Of a stretch of DNA of 64,000 bases, positions 62,727 through 64,000 are shown piece after piece. Source of the DNA: Bacilli bacterium. GTDB lineage: Bacteria > Bacillota_I > Bacilli_A > RFN20 > DUOF01. Within the stretch, counting starts at the first letter, position 1. Each line of letters begins with the position of its first letter. The notes under the pieces were generated by a model. The model was given only the letters and a program-made list of their open reading frames with translations, was not told the DNA's origin and ran no database searches. The stretch is from contig JAZKZZ010000015.1 of NCBI GenBank assembly GCA_045612885.1, positions 5,431-69,430 of the forward strand, written 5' to 3'. The position numbers and the translations under genes were made by a program.

Positions 62727-62800
62727 TGGTGCTCTTTACCAGAATTGAACTGATACTTAATCCTTACCATGGATTTGGTCTACCATTAACCTAAAAGAGC
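62727..62800 (-). tRNA. tRNA-Thr (anticodon GGU), 74 nt, CCA encoded. Not represented in the ORF track.
   Basis: Hand-folded cloverleaf: acceptor GCTCTTT/AAAGAGC; D-loop AATGGTA; anticodon stem AATCC/GGATT; loop ATGGTAA (U33, GGU, A37); T-arm ATCAG-TTCAATT-CTGGT; discriminator A; CCA. Confidence 0.8.
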
Positions 62801-62810
62801 AAGTGTAATT

Positions 62811-62839
62811 ATTATCTATTAAAAAACTATAGTTTTCAA
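62811..62839 (-). promoter_or_regulatory. Sigma-A promoter TTGAAA-17-GATAAT, about 10 nt upstream of the tRNA-Thr 5' end
   Basis: Minus strand: ttgaaa actatagttttttaata gataat, ending 10 nt before the mature 5' G. Confidence 0.6.
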
Positions 62840-62878
62840 TAGTTTTAGTTACTTTTATACACCTACAAATTGCATATA

Positions 62879-62910
62879 TAAAAAAGCCTTTATTGATAAG
62901 GCTTTTTTAA
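62879..62910 (-). terminator. Terminator overlapping the stop of the biotin ligase gene
   Basis: aagcctt-attgat-aaggctt hairpin with flanking A and T runs. Confidence 0.6.
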
Positions 62911-63615
62911 TACTATTTCTCCACTAGATATTTTTCCCAATTTATCATCTTTTTTTATTAATAAGCAATTGTCTTCATCTATTCCTATAATTTCAATTAA
63001 TATTTCTTTATCATTTTGTTTTAAATATGCTGTTTTATTCTTTAAATAATTATTTTCTTTAACTACTTGTAAATATGAATTATCATCATTTTTAAGTTTT
63101 TTTAACATATTAATAATTTTTGAGTATAATACTTTTTTTATATTATTTAAATTTTTCTTATCTTTAGTTTCCAAGAAAATTGAAGTGGCAGGAATCTCAA
63201 ATTCGCTAGAATTAACATTTAATCCTATTCCAATAACTATAGCTTCAATATCATTTCCATTGGATATTCCCTCTAATAATATACCTGATATCTTTTTATC
63301 ATTTACATATACGTCATTAGGCCACTTAATAGATACATTTACTACATTTAATTCTAATAATAATTCATAAACACAAACAGCACTAGCTAAAGATAAAGAT
63401 GCATATCTGTTAATTATGCTTTTATCTTTAATAAGAACAGAAAAAAGGAGATCTTCTCCTTTTTTACTAATCCAAACACGATTATATCTTCCATGCCCTT
63501 TAAATTGGAAATCAGCACTAACAAAAGTTAAATTTTTTTCATTTGTATAATTATTCTTTAAATATATAGATGTAGAATCAATTTCACTAAAATGATACTC
63601 TTTCATCTCAATCAC
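62890..63615 (-). CDS. birA: Biotin--[acetyl-CoA-carboxylase] ligase, group I (no N-terminal HTH)
   Basis: GHGRYNRVW (GRGRxGRxW-type biotin-binding loop). BPL_LplA_LipB fold. 241 aa. Confidence 0.8.
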   Translation of the reverse strand: MIEMKEYHFSEIDSTSIYLKNNYTNEKNLTFVSADFQFKGHGRYNRVWISKKGEDLLFSVLIKDKSIINRYASLSLASAVCVYELLLELNVVNVSIKWPNDVYVNDKKISGILLEGISNGNDIEAIVIGIGLNVNSSEFEIPATSIFLETKDKKNLNNIKKVLYSKIINMLKKLKNDDNSYLQVVKENNYLKNKTAYLKQNDKEILIEIIGIDEDNCLLIKKDDKLGKISSGEIVLKKPYQ

Positions 63616-63619
63616 CTAA

Positions 63620-64000
63620 TTATAAGAATAAAAGCATTAAGATACCTGCTGCTACTGCTGAACCTATAACACCAGCTACATTTGGTCCCATTGCGTGCAT
63701 TAATAAGAAGTTGTCTGGATCTTCATCTTTTCCTATTTTATGTACTACACGAGCTGCCATTGGAACTGCAGATACTCCGGCAGCTCCAATCATTGGATTT
63801 ACTTTTCCTTTGCTACATACACACATTAGTTTACCTACCAACACTCCACAAGCAGTAGAAATAGAAAAAGCAAAGATTCCTAAAGCGAATATCTTTAGAG
63901 TTCCTAAAGTCAAGAATGTTTCTGCAGTAGCAGTAGCACCTACACTTAATCCTAAAAGGATAGTAACTATATATAACATTGAATTAGATAATGTTTCTGT
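63620..64000 (-). CDS. C-terminal ~125 aa of a Na+-transporting decarboxylase beta subunit (OadB/GcdB-like). The 5' end lies beyond the window.
   Basis: [18 protein letters not shown] and [21 protein letters not shown] match the conserved C-terminal helices of OadB/GcdB. The frame is open to the window edge upstream of the tracked Met. Confidence 0.6.
   Translation of the reverse strand, partial: TETLSNSMLYIVTILLGLSVGATATAETFLTLGTLKIFALGIFAFSISTACGVLVGKLMCVCSKGKVNPMIGAAGVSAVPMAARVVHKIGKDEDPDNFLLMHAMGPNVAGVIGSAVAAGILMLLFL

Noticed and set aside
62422-62748. 108-aa plus-strand ORF from the six-frame track
   Set aside because: It lies in an intergenic region and its 3' end is occupied by the hand-folded tRNA-Thr on the opposite strand. 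It has no SD and a low-complexity translation. It is almost certainly spurious.

Overview
This is a 64-kb chromosomal segment from a very AT-rich (about 25% GC) low-GC Gram-positive bacterium, Clostridia- or Erysipelotrichia-like. I do not assign a species. Almost every gene lies on the minus strand. Most of the content is core housekeeping. From left to right: the 3' two-thirds of pyruvate:ferredoxin oxidoreductase (cut by the window edge), inorganic pyrophosphatase, a DUF4116 repeat protein, uracil-DNA glycosylase, two patatin-like phospholipases, ychF, and a short Rel/SpoT homologue. A lipid-kinase / glycerophosphodiesterase / patatin / LemA cluster follows. Then comes a long glycogen-maltodextrin locus: a GH13 amylase, glgP and glgA, three unknown genes, then glgB, malQ, a BadF-type sugar kinase, pgm and pgi. 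A glycolytic cluster (gap-pgk-tpiA-gpmI, two unknown anchored proteins, eno) follows. The right half carries clpP, coaD, tRNA-Ser(GCU), deoD, mgtE, ddl-murF and an nfeD-SPFH pair. Near the right edge are tRNA-Thr(GGU), which the ORF track does not show, a birA-like biotin ligase, and the 3' end of a Na+-pump decarboxylase beta subunit that runs off the window. I found no CRISPR array, transposase, integrase or obvious prophage.

The observations most worth follow-up:
- 18.6-20.7 kb: a self-contained three-gene unit of unknown function, with its own promoter and terminator, sits exactly where glgC/glgD normally lie.
- 59.5-62.8 kb: a HEPN-motif (R-N-x3-H-G) 429-aa protein sits beside a GC-richer ~1-kb mosaic of gene fragments. 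The mosaic includes a divergent second copy of the SPFH 3' end. The whole region faces the 3' end of tRNA-Thr.
- 53.2-54.7 kb: MurF has a four-helix membrane N-terminus in place of its usual substrate-binding domain.
- 29.0-30.8 kb: a 584-aa protein carries two diverged copies of an HTH-like module.
- 32.3-33.7 kb: two membrane-anchored unknowns are inserted between gpmI and eno.

All functional calls rest on motif-level reading of the translations. No database search was run.
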